From the IMG/VR virus record IMGVR_UViG_2695420367_000003, positions 1 to 35,451 of that record: a stretch of DNA of 35,451 nucleotides. One strand, given 5' to 3'. A program made the translations under genes and the position numbers. The notes under the pieces are model-generated. The model was not told where the DNA came from. It saw only the letters and a list, made by a program, of their open reading frames with translations, and ran no database searches. Each line of letters begins with the position of its first letter. Position 1 is the stretch's first letter. Of this stretch, positions 9,659 to 21,564 are shown piece by piece. The stretch is from a virus (taxonomy: Duplodnaviria; Heunggongvirae; Uroviricota; Caudoviricetes).

Positions 9659-9964
9659 ATGCACGAAAAAGAGAGCCTTGCCGGAGCGTTCTGGCTCGTT
9701 TTGCTGATCATCGCAGGTTGGGGCGGTCTGGTCCGCTACCTGATAGATGTGAAGCAGAGTAAAGCAACGTGGAGTTGGATAAATGCTCTGGCACAAATAG
9801 TTGTATCAGGATTCACCGGTGTTATTGGTGGCCTGATTAGTATTGAAAGTGGCTTCAGCATTTACATGATTCTCGCGACGGCGGGGATTAGCGGTGCGAT
9901 GGGTTCGGTTGCACTGACGTACTTTTGGGAACGACTGACAGGGGTGAAAAATGCAAAATCTTAA
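9659..9964 (+). CDS. Putative holin (three predicted transmembrane segments)
   Basis: Small hydrophobic protein immediately upstream of and overlapping endolysin R; first ATG at 9659 (the track start at 9647 is a TTG); not the lambda S sequence. Confidence 0.6.
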   Translation: MHEKESLAGAFWLVLLIIAGWGGLVRYLIDVKQSKATWSWINALAQIVVSGFTGVIGGLISIESGFSIYMILATAGISGAMGSVALTYFWERLTGVKNAKS

Positions 9965-10427
9965 TCCTCAGCGTAAAGCTTTCCTCGATATGGTGGCATG
10001 GTCAGAAGGAACGGATAACGGACGGCAGAAAACCAGAAATCATGGTTATGACGTCATTGTAGGCGGAGAGCTATTTACTGATTACTCCGATCACCCTCGC
10101 AAACTTGTCACGCTAAACCCAAAACTCAAATCAACAGCCGCCGGACGTTACCAGCTTCTTTCCCGTTGGTGGGATGCCTACCGTAAGCAGCTTGGCCTGA
10201 AAGACTTCTCTCCAAAAAGCCAGGACGCTGTGGCATTGCAGCAGATTAAGGAGCGTGGCGCTTTACCGATGATTGATCGCGGTGATATTCGTCAGGCTAT
10301 CGACCGTTGCAGCAATATCTGGGCTTCACTGCCGGGCGCTGGTTATGGCCAGTTCGAGCATAAGGCTGACAGCCTGATTGCAAAATTCAAAGAGGCTGGC
10401 GGAACGGTCAGAGAGATTGAGGTATGA
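9951..10427 (+). CDS. R: Endolysin R (lambda-type lytic transglycosylase)
   Basis: Matches lambda gpR almost throughout (…[64 protein letters not shown]…). Confidence 0.93.
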   Translation: MQNLNPQRKAFLDMVAWSEGTDNGRQKTRNHGYDVIVGGELFTDYSDHPRKLVTLNPKLKSTAAGRYQLLSRWWDAYRKQLGLKDFSPKSQDAVALQQIKERGALPMIDRGDIRQAIDRCSNIWASLPGAGYGQFEHKADSLIAKFKEAGGTVREIEV

Positions 10428-10867
10428 GCAGAGTCACCGCGATTATCTCCGCTCTGATTATCTGCATCATCGTCTGCCTGTCATGGGCTGTTAATCATTA
10501 CCGTGATAACGCCATCGCCTACAAAGAGCAGCGCGATAAAGCCACATCCATCATCGCTGACATGCAGAAGCGTCAACGTGATGTAGCAGAACTCGACGCC
10601 AGATACACAAAGGAGCTTGCTGATGCTAACGCGACTATCGAAAGTCTCCGTGCTGATGTTTCTGCTGGGCGTAAGTGGCTGCGCGTCAAAGCTGTCTGTC
10701 CAGACATGCATAAAATCACCGCCGCCTCCGGCGTGGATGATGGCACCAGCCCCAGACTTACTGACACCGCTCAACGGGATTATTTCACCCTTAGAAAGCG
10801 GATTGAAACCAGTGATAAAATGATCCGAGGCTTGCAGCAATACATTCGCACGCAGTGTGTAAGATGA
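10424..10867 (+). CDS. Rz: Spanin inner-membrane subunit Rz
   Basis: N-terminus [34 protein letters not shown] matches lambda Rz; overlaps the R stop. Confidence 0.9.
   Translation: MSRVTAIISALIICIIVCLSWAVNHYRDNAIAYKEQRDKATSIIADMQKRQRDVAELDARYTKELADANATIESLRADVSAGRKWLRVKAVCPDMHKITAASGVDDGTSPRLTDTAQRDYFTLRKRIETSDKMIRGLQQYIRTQCVR
10623..10823 (+). CDS. Rz1: Spanin outer-membrane lipoprotein Rz1, embedded in the +1 frame of Rz
   Basis: AAGGAG 7 nt upstream of the ATG; lipoprotein signal (…LLGVSGC) and proline-rich [24 protein letters not shown] as in lambda Rz1. Confidence 0.85.
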   Translation: MLTRLSKVSVLMFLLGVSGCASKLSVQTCIKSPPPPAWMMAPAPDLLTPLNGIISPLESGLKPVIK

Positions 10868-11247
10868 GCAATCTTTGCTAATTAGCCATGAAATAGATAA
10901 ATATCAGGCCAACGATGATTAGTGCCAGGCATCCTAATTGGTCAGAATGGCTGGCATTTGATCGTCTTGCTCTTCTTGCAGTTGACTGGACAGCCCTCTG
11001 TCCTCGACTTCCTCTTGGCATTCCTCTCATTTATTCTCTCTCAACATTGATATTGAACTGACAGATGATAATTATTTCATGAAAGTGGTATCTCGTTGAT
11101 TTGATTACGCTACATAGTCGCCGGATTTTCGCATTTATCGGCATCGGGCGGTGCAAAATTGGCATAATCGAAACGTAGAGTTTTTGGCTGACAACAGCAT
11201 TAGCGGTCACCCGGAGAGTGTTGTGAACATGTTAATTACATGACGCT

Positions 11248-11568
11248 TTAGATGCATCGACATTTGATGATGCTTGTCAGACCTGTCATTTTCTTTGCTT
11301 CATTTTCAACATTGAGGAAGTTGGTTGAGCATATTTTTTGATAATCTCCAGTTGTGAATCCTGTTTTATCGATCTTACGTTTCAAGGGATTAATCGTTTT
11401 GCAAGATGCTCTATGGATTCTGGTAAAGCGTTCGTCAGATTTATTACCTTTACCTCTGGTTCGCTTCAATGCATTGACAACATATCCGTCTGGATTATCG
11501 CCAAGCCAATTACGATAGTCTGATTCACTCTCAGTCTGAAGGTCACTTCTGAATACCTTTATGGACAT
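11248..11568 (-). CDS. Hypothetical protein where lambda carries bor (possibly the DLP12 ybcV/DUF1398 family)
   Basis: Minus-strand ORF with AGGAG RBS before MSIKVFRSDLQTESESDYRNWLGDNPDGYVVNALKR...; family assignment tentative, from memory. Confidence 0.5.
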   Translation of the reverse strand: MSIKVFRSDLQTESESDYRNWLGDNPDGYVVNALKRTRGKGNKSDERFTRIHRASCKTINPLKRKIDKTGFTTGDYQKICSTNFLNVENEAKKMTGLTSIIKCRCI

Positions 11569-11699
11569 GAAGATACTCCTGTGCATTTATGGTACGAAGA
11601 AATAGCAAAAGGATTTTTACCGTAAATTGCGAATCTACAAAAGCAAAACAATGCGTAATATCAGAGTGAATATTCTGCCTTTAATGTGGGTCCTTCTGA

Positions 11700-11900
11700 T
11701 GACCTGAGCTCTCACGGGGCGGAAGGCGCGCGGGTTTTCGCTATTTATGAAAATTTTCCGGTTTAAGGCGTTTCCGTTCTTCTTCGCCGTAACTTAATGT
11801 TTTTATTTAAAACCCCCCCTGAAAAGAAAGGAAACGACAGATGCTGAAAACGGGCTTTTTGGCCTTTGTCGTTTCCTTTCTCTGTTTTTGTCCGTGGAAT
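11700..11900 (+). promoter_or_regulatory. cos: Helper cos site (cosN-like 12-mer at about 11717-11728, plus cosB with R sites and IHF site) upstream of Nu1
   Basis: …GGGCGGAAGGCG CGCGGGTTTTCGCTATTTATGAAAATTTTCCGGTTTAAGGCGTTTCCGTTCTTCTTCG… is nearly identical to the lambda cos region as I recall it, except within the 12-mer. Confidence 0.8.
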
Positions 11901-11905
11901 GAACA

Positions 11906-12425
11906 ATGGAAGTCAACAAAAAGCAGCTGGCTGATATTTTCGGTGCGAGTATCCGTACCATTCAGAACTGGCAGGAGCAGGGAATGCCCGTTCTGCGAGG
12001 CGGTGGCAAGGGTAATGAGGTGCTTTATGATTCTGCCGCCGTCATAAAATGGTATGCCGAAAGGGATGCTGAAATTGAGAACGAAAAGCTGCGCCGGGAA
12101 GTTGAAGAACTGCGGCAGGCCAGCGAGGCAGATCTCCAGCCAGGGACTATTGAGTACGAACGCCATCGACTTACGCGTGCGCAGGCCGACGCACAGGAGC
12201 TGAAGAATGCCAGAGACTCCGCTGAAGTGGTGGAAACCGCATTCTGTACTTTCGTGCTGTCGCGGATCGCAGGTGAAATTGCCAGTATTCTCGACGGGAT
12301 CCCCCTGTCGGTGCAGCGGCGTTTTCCGGAACTGGAAAACCGACATATTGATTTCCTGAAACGGGATATCATCAAAGCCATGAACAAAGCAGCCGCACTG
12401 GATGAACTGATACCGGGGTTGCTGA

Positions 12426-12451
<26 letters not shown>
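11906..12451 (+). CDS. Nu1: Terminase small subunit Nu1
   Basis: MEVNKKQLADIFGASIRTIQNWQEQGMPV… matches lambda gpNu1. Confidence 0.95.
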
Positions 12452-16132
<3,681 letters not shown>

Positions 16133-16152
<20 letters not shown>

Positions 16153-17452
16153 TCTCCCGCATATTGCCAGTATGGCCTTTAATGAGCCGCTGATGCTTGA
16201 ACCCGCCTATGCGCGGGTTTTCTTTTGTGCGCTTGCAGGCCAGCTTGGGATCAGCCGCCTGACGGATGCGGTGTCCGGCGACAGCCTGACTGCCGGAGAG
16301 GCACCCGCGACGCTGGCGTTATCCGGTGATGATGGCGGGCCACGACAGGCCCGCAGTTATCAGGTCATGAACGGCATCGCCGTGCTGCCGGTGTCCGGCA
16401 CGCTGGTCAGCCGGACGCGGGCGCTGCAGCCGTATTCGGGGATGACCGGTTACAACGGCATTATCGCCCGTCTGCAACAGGCTGCCAGCGATCCGATGGT
16501 GGACGGCATTCTGCTCGATATGGACACACCGGGCGGGATGGTGGCGGGAGCATTTGACTGTGCTGACATCATCGCCCGTGTGCGTGACATAAAGCCGGTA
16601 TGGGCGCTGGCCAACGACATGAACTGCAGTGCAGGTCAGCTGCTTGCCAGCGCCGCCTCCCGGCGTCTGGTCACGCAGACCGCCCGGACAGGCTCCATCG
16701 GCGTCATGATGGCTCACAGTAATTACGGTGCTGCGCTGGAGAAACAGGGTGTGGAAATCACGCTGATTTACAGCGGCAGCCATAAGGTGGATGGCAACCC
16801 CTACAGCCATCTACCGGATGATGTCCGGGAAACACTGCAGTCCCGGATGGATGCAACCCGCCGGATGTTTGCACAGAAGGTGTCGGCATATACCGGCCTG
16901 TCCGTGCAGGCTGTGCTGGATACCGAGGCTGCAGTGTACAGCGGTCAGGAGGCCATTGATGCCGGACTGGCTGATGAACTTGTTAACAGTACCGATGCGA
17001 TCACCGTCATGCGTGATGCACTGGATACACGTAAATCCCGTCTCTCAGGAGGGCGAATGACCAAAGAGACTCAATCAACAACTGTTTCAGCCACTGCTTC
17101 GCAGGCTGACGTTACTGGCGTGGTGCAAGCGACGGAGGGCGAGAACGCCAGCGCGGCGCAGCCGGACGTGAACGCGCAGATCACCGCAGCGGTTGCGGCA
17201 GAAAACAGTCGCATTATGGGGATCCTCAACTGTGAGGAGGCTCACGGACGCGAAGAACAGGCACGCGTGCTGGCCGAAACCCCCGGTATGACCGTGGAAA
17301 CGGCCCGCCGCATTCTGGCAGCTGCACCACAGAGTGCACAGGCGCGCAGTGACACTGCGCTGGATCGTCTGATGCAGGGGGCACCGGCACCGCTGGCTGC
17401 AGGTAACCCGGCATCTGATGCCGTTAACGATTTGCTGAACACACCAGTGTAA
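16133..17452 (+). CDS. C: Head protease/scaffold protein C (GTG start)
   Basis: MTAELRNLPHIASMAFNEPLMLEP… matches lambda gpC; 20-nt overlap with B as in lambda; the track ORF start at 16019 is upstream of the true start. Confidence 0.9.
16847..17452 (+). CDS. Nu3: Scaffolding protein Nu3 (internal in-frame start within C)
   Basis: In-frame ATG (MDATRR…) 714 nt downstream of the C start, the same offset as lambda Nu3 relative to C. Confidence 0.7.
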   Translation: MDATRRMFAQKVSAYTGLSVQAVLDTEAAVYSGQEAIDAGLADELVNSTDAITVMRDALDTRKSRLSGGRMTKETQSTTVSATASQADVTGVVQATEGENASAAQPDVNAQITAAVAAENSRIMGILNCEEAHGREEQARVLAETPGMTVETARRILAAAPQSAQARSDTALDRLMQGAPAPLAAGNPASDAVNDLLNTPV

Positions 17453-17461
17453 GGGATGTTT

Positions 17462-17794
17462 ATGACGAGCAAAGAAACCTTTACCCATTACCAGCCGCTG
17501 GGCAACAGTGACCCGGCACATACGGCAACCGCGCCCGGCGGATTGAGTGCGAAAGCGCCTGCAATGACCCCGCTGATGCTGGATACCTCCACCCGTAAGC
17601 TGGTTGCGTGGGATGGCACCACCGACGGTGCTGCCGTTGGCATTCTGGCGGTTGATGCTGACCAGACCAGCACCACGCTGACGTTCTACAAGTCCGGCTC
17701 GTTCCGTTATGAGGATGTGCTCTGGCCGGAGGCTGCCAGCGACGAGACGAAAAAACGGACCGCGTTTGCCGGAACGGCAATCAGCATCGTTTAA
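17462..17794 (+). CDS. D: Head decoration protein D
   Basis: [40 protein letters not shown]… matches lambda gpD; AAGGGA RBS. Confidence 0.95.
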   Translation: MTSKETFTHYQPLGNSDPAHTATAPGGLSAKAPAMTPLMLDTSTRKLVAWDGTTDGAAVGILAVDADQTSTTLTFYKSGSFRYEDVLWPEAASDETKKRTAFAGTAISIV

Positions 17795-17849
17795 CCTTAC
17801 CCTTCATCACTAAAGGCCGCCTGTGCGGCTTTTTTTACGGGATTTTTTT

Positions 17850-18125
17850 ATGTCGATGTACACAACCGCCCAGCTGCTGGCGGCAAATGAGCAGAAATTT
17901 AAGTTTGATCCGCTGTTTCTGCGTCTCTTTTTCCGTGAGAGCTATCCCTTCACCACGGAGAAAGTCTATCTCTCACAAATTCCGGGACTGGTAAACATGG
18001 CGCTGTACGTTTCGCCGATTGTTTCCGGTGAGGTTATCCGCTCCCGTGGCGGCTCCACCTCTGAATTTACGCCGGGATATGTCAAACCCAAGCACTTAGC
18101 ATGGCTTTCTGAGGCTTTCGTGTAG
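17850..18125 (+). pseudogene. E: Major capsid protein E, 5' portion only (codons 1 to about 82), interrupted by the satellite insertion
   Basis: MSMYTTAQLLAANEQKFKFDPLFLRLFF…SEFTPGYVKPKH matches the lambda gpE N-terminus, then diverges into 9 unrelated codons and a stop at the insertion junction. Confidence 0.9.
18085..18094. repeat. Left junction core (attL-like) AACCCAAGCA
   Basis: Identical 10-mer at 28518-28527; joining the flanks restores …GTCAAACCCAAGCATGAAGTG… (VKPKHEV of E). Confidence 0.75.
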
Positions 18126-18257
18126 TTGCTGGTTTTTACACTTAATCTTTTGATAATAAAGAATAAGTTTATCTGGCGCTTTCACTGGATTTTCCTCGTT
18201 ATCTGTGTGTTGCAATCATCTCTGTATTGCAGCTTGTATTGCTTTTTGGGGCTAAAA

Positions 18258-19493
18258 ATGGCTGGCGAGAACAAACTGAGCGACAAAGCACTTAAAGGAT
18301 ATCTGGGGAAACCCAGAGAAAAGCAGATCACCATTGCTGATGGAAAGGGGCTTTCTATTCGTGTGAGTACCAAGGGGGCTGTGAGCTTTGTTTTCTTCTA
18401 CAGGTTAGCAGGTGGCCGGGCTGCTCCGGTCTGGCTAACGTTGGGTAAATATCCTGATATGTCACTCAAACAGGCAAGGGAAAAGCGCGACGAGTGCCGT
18501 GGTTGGTTGGCTGACAAACGTGATCCGCGTATCCAGATTAAGATTCAGGCTGAAGAACGCTTAAAGCCGGTCACAGTGGAGGATGCACTAAATTACTGGT
18601 ATGAAAATTACTGTAAGGTGCGTCGTAAAACTCATGCTGTAACGCTTGGCAGATTTCGAAAGCATATCTTTCCCTATATCGGTCATTTGCCCGTAAATGA
18701 CACTCACCTATATGAATGGCTGGACTGTTTTGACCGAATTAAACGTAATGCACCAGTTATGGCGGCGTATGTTTTTTCTGACACTAAATTAGCTCTTCGT
18801 TTTTGTCGGGTACGCCAGTACGCGACGTGTGATGCTTTAAAGGATTTGCGCATGAGTGATGTGGGGCAGATTGCAGGTAAGCGGGATCGGGTTCTGGATG
18901 AAGCCGAACTGGGCCAGCTCTGGAAGGCAATTTTTGTCGAGCCTGATTTAAAACTAATGTCTGAATACACGCGAAAAATGTTTGTGCTTTGTACAGTATT
19001 TGGATGTCGAATGAGTGAAGCCCGATTATCAGAATGGAGCGAATGGGATCTCGAAAGTTGGGTTTGGACTGTACCAAAAGATCACTCAAAAACTGGTGTT
19101 GAAATCGTCAGACCAGTACCTGAAATTCTACGACAGTGGGTAACGGATGTTCACGAAGAGACAAAACATACTGGTTATGTGCTGGGAAGTCTGCGAATTA
19201 GAGAAAGCGTAAGCAAGATTGGGGGGAAAATCGGTAAACGTTTGGGCCATGAAAAACAATGGTCACTACACGACCTTAGAAGAACGCTTTCAACCCATCT
19301 GAGTGATTTGGGCGTTGAGTTTCATGTAGTGGAGCAGCTGTTAGGCCATGCGCTACCTGGCGTGGCAGGTGTTTACAACCGGAGTAAGTTTATGGCTAAA
19401 AAACTGGATGCTCTGGAACTCTGGACTACATATCTCAATAGCATCGCAGCTGCTGATTCAAAAGTGACAATCCTCAAACAAAAGGCTGGTTAA
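18258..19493 (+). CDS. int: Tyrosine integrase (P4-type, with N-terminal arm-binding domain)
   Basis: N-terminal …LSDKALKGYLGKPREKQITIADGKGLSIRVSTKGAVSFVFFYR…; catalytic-region motifs HDLRRT…LLGH…VYNRS; true ATG at 18258, the track start is upstream. Confidence 0.88.
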   Translation: MAGENKLSDKALKGYLGKPREKQITIADGKGLSIRVSTKGAVSFVFFYRLAGGRAAPVWLTLGKYPDMSLKQAREKRDECRGWLADKRDPRIQIKIQAEERLKPVTVEDALNYWYENYCKVRRKTHAVTLGRFRKHIFPYIGHLPVNDTHLYEWLDCFDRIKRNAPVMAAYVFSDTKLALRFCRVRQYATCDALKDLRMSDVGQIAGKRDRVLDEAELGQLWKAIFVEPDLKLMSEYTRKMFVLCTVFGCRMSEARLSEWSEWDLESWVWTVPKDHSKTGVEIVRPVPEILRQWVTDVHEETKHTGYVLGSLRIRESVSKIGGKIGKRLGHEKQWSLHDLRRTLSTHLSDLGVEFHVVEQLLGHALPGVAGVYNRSKFMAKKLDALELWTTYLNSIAAADSKVTILKQKAG

Positions 19494-19494
19494 C

Positions 19495-19728
19495 ATGAAA
19501 AAAATGGCAATTGTCGATAAAAAGGGTCTGGAGTACATTCCTAACATTGACCGTATGATCCGCGAAAAAGAATGCCGTGAGTTAACTACTCTTGCTAATA
19601 GCACTCGATGGAAGTTAGAGAAAGAAGGAAAGTTTCCAAAGCGTATTAAAATAGGTGCCACTGCCGTAGCATATCGCCTTTCGGAGGTGCAGGCGTGGAT
19701 TCGTGGGGAATGGTACTTAAATAAGTAA
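19495..19728 (+). CDS. alpA: AlpA-family HTH regulator/excisionase-like protein
   Basis: …ECRELTTLANSTRWKLEKEGKFPKRIKIGATAVAYRLSEVQAWI… fits the AlpA pattern; directly follows int. Confidence 0.8.
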   Translation: MKKMAIVDKKGLEYIPNIDRMIREKECRELTTLANSTRWKLEKEGKFPKRIKIGATAVAYRLSEVQAWIRGEWYLNK

Positions 19729-19736
19729 ATCATTTC

Positions 19737-19765
19737 AATTAGGTAGGTTTATTACCTACCTAATT
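19737..19765. terminator. Perfect palindrome AATTAGGTAGGT-TTATT-ACCTACCTAATT between convergent genes (bidirectional terminator candidate)
   Basis: Seen directly: 12-bp perfect inverted repeat with a 5-nt loop, between the alpA stop and the stop of the minus-strand 241-aa gene. Confidence 0.6.
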
Positions 19766-19768
19766 AAT

Positions 19769-20494
19769 TTAAATCATGTCTGCCTTATTTCCTAATTTTA
19801 TGGAGCAATCCTCTAAAAGATGCCCGATGAACTTATGAGTTCCAATAACATAATCTTGAAGCCTATATTCCATTCCTAATAATGACTTGTTCTCTTTGTC
19901 CTTGAAAAAAGGAAAAGAGGCAAGGTTTTCATCGACAATATAAAGGTGTTTGATTTTGTTGTTTAAAACCCTAGTTTCGTTAATGACATCGTAAGAATCA
20001 AGTTGGGAGAGGTCAATACCATAACTTAAGTATTTCTTTTTTAATTTATCCCATGTATATGGAACTTTAACTTGACTTTCAGGTATTTCTTTAATAATTG
20101 CTTCTAGCAAAGAGTATGCCATGGTACTAAACTGTTCAATAATAGCCCAAAGATTAATTACGACACTGTCATTGGCAAAAAATGAGGCTTTTCTATTAAG
20201 ATCATCATAATAACCAACCATCTCTCTATGTCTGGCTTGAGAAATCAAGGCCATTTCATGCACTTCATCGTCTAATAAGTCTGGATTATATTGGGGAGTG
20301 TTGTCTGCAATTTTTTGTATCTCCTTAAGATTTATGTTATATGTATGATAAACAAATGAGTGAAATACTATTAGATCTTCAAGTCGGAACGAAAATTTCC
20401 CAAGTAGAGACAGGAATCTACTATCATGAGGGAAATAATGTGGGATAGGATTGTCTGTTAAATTATATTCACTTATTCGTTTTAGATTTTGCAT
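19769..20494 (-). CDS. Hypothetical 241-aa protein, AT-rich cargo (function unknown)
   Basis: Long ORF, visibly AT-rich versus surrounding genes, co-oriented and 24 nt downstream of the RHH gene; no motif I recognise. Confidence 0.6.
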   Translation of the reverse strand: MQNLKRISEYNLTDNPIPHYFPHDSRFLSLLGKFSFRLEDLIVFHSFVYHTYNINLKEIQKIADNTPQYNPDLLDDEVHEMALISQARHREMVGYYDDLNRKASFFANDSVVINLWAIIEQFSTMAYSLLEAIIKEIPESQVKVPYTWDKLKKKYLSYGIDLSQLDSYDVINETRVLNNKIKHLYIVDENLASFPFFKDKENKSLLGMEYRLQDYVIGTHKFIGHLLEDCSIKLGNKADMI

Positions 20495-20518
20495 CTCTCA
20501 CAGATCCTTTTAAAAGTC

Positions 20519-20713
20519 TTAACCTCTAGGTTCAATACCTTGTTTGCGTAGTTCTGCTCTTGCTAGTTCTTTAAGCCAATTAGCCAAACTCATTCCTTCT
20601 TTTGCAGCCGCACTAACCATTTGTTCTTTTAGTTCCGGGTGGATACGGATCTGAAATGCCGGTGCCTTACCAGCACCTTTCGGCTGTTTATCGCGCTGAA
20701 TGATAGTTGACAT
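20519..20713 (-). CDS. Ribbon-helix-helix (CopG/Arc-like) DNA-binding protein; candidate repressor or antitoxin
   Basis: 64 aa; …FQIRIHPELKEQMVSAAAKEGMSLANWLKELARAEL… is typical of RHH proteins; first gene of a leftward operon diverging from the replication module. Confidence 0.65.
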   Translation of the reverse strand: MSTIIQRDKQPKGAGKAPAFQIRIHPELKEQMVSAAAKEGMSLANWLKELARAELRKQGIEPRG

Positions 20714-20716
20714 GTA

Positions 20717-20817
20717 TGTACCTATTGCTTAGTATGCTTCTTGATAGGTACACACCTTATCATGTTTTATTACTCTGTAACAACGCCCTGCAGTGCTCGC
20801 AACACATACAGGGCGTT
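20717..20817. promoter_or_regulatory. Divergent control region with two 9-bp inverted repeats, each with an 18-bp spacer
   Basis: TGTACCTAT…ATAGGTACA (20717-20752) and AACGCCCTG…CAGGGCGTT (20782-20817), between the divergent RHH gene and the 20853 ORF. Confidence 0.5.
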
Positions 20818-20852
20818 TAACCACCAACGATAGCAACAGTATCGAGGTAGCT

Positions 20853-21056
20853 ATGAGAAATCATACCACACACCCGCAAGGGCGGGACCCGCACAACCTG
20901 AATAAATACATCTGGCGTTTTATCGCCCTGAGTACGGCACAACCGCGCGTGATTACCATCGAGGCCACCAGCGAACAGGAAGCCCGCCAGCAATCCCCAA
21001 CTGGCTGCGTGATGATATTCGCCGCCCGTATTCGTCAGGAGGTGTGCCATGAATGA
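20853..21056 (+). CDS. Hypothetical small protein (67 aa)
   Basis: GAGGTAG RBS before the ATG; first gene of the rightward operon leading to the primase. Confidence 0.5.
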   Translation: MRNHTTHPQGRDPHNLNKYIWRFIALSTAQPRVITIEATSEQEARQQSPTGCVMIFAARIRQEVCHE

Positions 21057-21273
21057 TCTTTATTTGAAAGTGCTGACACATGCTGAAAACGCGCTCGTTT
21101 GTGGCAAAAATATGCGAGAAATCTTATCAACCTGGCTTGATGGGACAACAAATGCGGAACACGATGAACGGGATGCTAATTTAGCTGGAGCGTTAATTAC
21201 GTTACTTGATCCTGTCATCAAAGAGCTGGATGAAGCTATAAAAATACACGACCAGAGCTATACCGGAGAATAA
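21049..21273 (+). CDS. Hypothetical small protein (74 aa)
   Basis: AGGAGGTG RBS; start overlaps the upstream ORF stop. Confidence 0.5.
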   Translation: MNDLYLKVLTHAENALVCGKNMREILSTWLDGTTNAEHDERDANLAGALITLLDPVIKELDEAIKIHDQSYTGE

Positions 21274-21276
21274 AAA

Positions 21277-21564
21277 ATGAAAAATAAATTTTCTGGCTTT
21301 ATTGCCAGCGGTCAAACTCATTCAAAAATCAGCCTTGGGGATATTTTCAAAGACAGCTATGGCTATCGGGTAAAGATTATTTCGGTTGATGATCGTCGTG
21401 TCTCTTATTTGCGTGATGGTTATGATTTTGAATGTGTTATGCCGCGTCAGCAGTTCGAAAGAGATTTCATTCTGGTAAAAAATTGCAAGACAGATAATCA
21501 GAGGCGTGCCGCAGGCTATATCCGTAAAATTCGGGCAATGTTAGTTGCCGGAGGTAACAAATGA
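21277..21564 (+). CDS. Hypothetical small protein (95 aa)
   Basis: GGAGAA RBS; stop overlaps the primase start. Confidence 0.5.
   Translation: MKNKFSGFIASGQTHSKISLGDIFKDSYGYRVKIISVDDRRVSYLRDGYDFECVMPRQQFERDFILVKNCKTDNQRRAAGYIRKIRAMLVAGGNK

Noticed and set aside
9647-9661. Possible lambda-S-like dual-start (holin/antiholin) motif at the holin N-terminus (track translation MAIHMHEK)
   Set aside because: The first 'M' in the track is a TTG codon without a convincing RBS; only the ATG at 9659 is a credible start, so a dual-start motif is not supported by the sequence alone.
17811-17837. Short hairpin AGGCCGC-CTGT-GCGGCT followed by a T-run between D and E
   Set aside because: The stem is only 5-6 bp and the region is ordinary lambda-like intergenic sequence within a co-transcribed late operon; at most a weak attenuator, and not specific to this element.
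18126-18257. N-terminal 44-codon extension of the integrase ORF in the track (MLVFTLNLLIIKNK…)
   Set aside because: It is hydrophobic, AT-rich junction sequence with no RBS; the conserved integrase N-terminus starts at the ATG at 18258.
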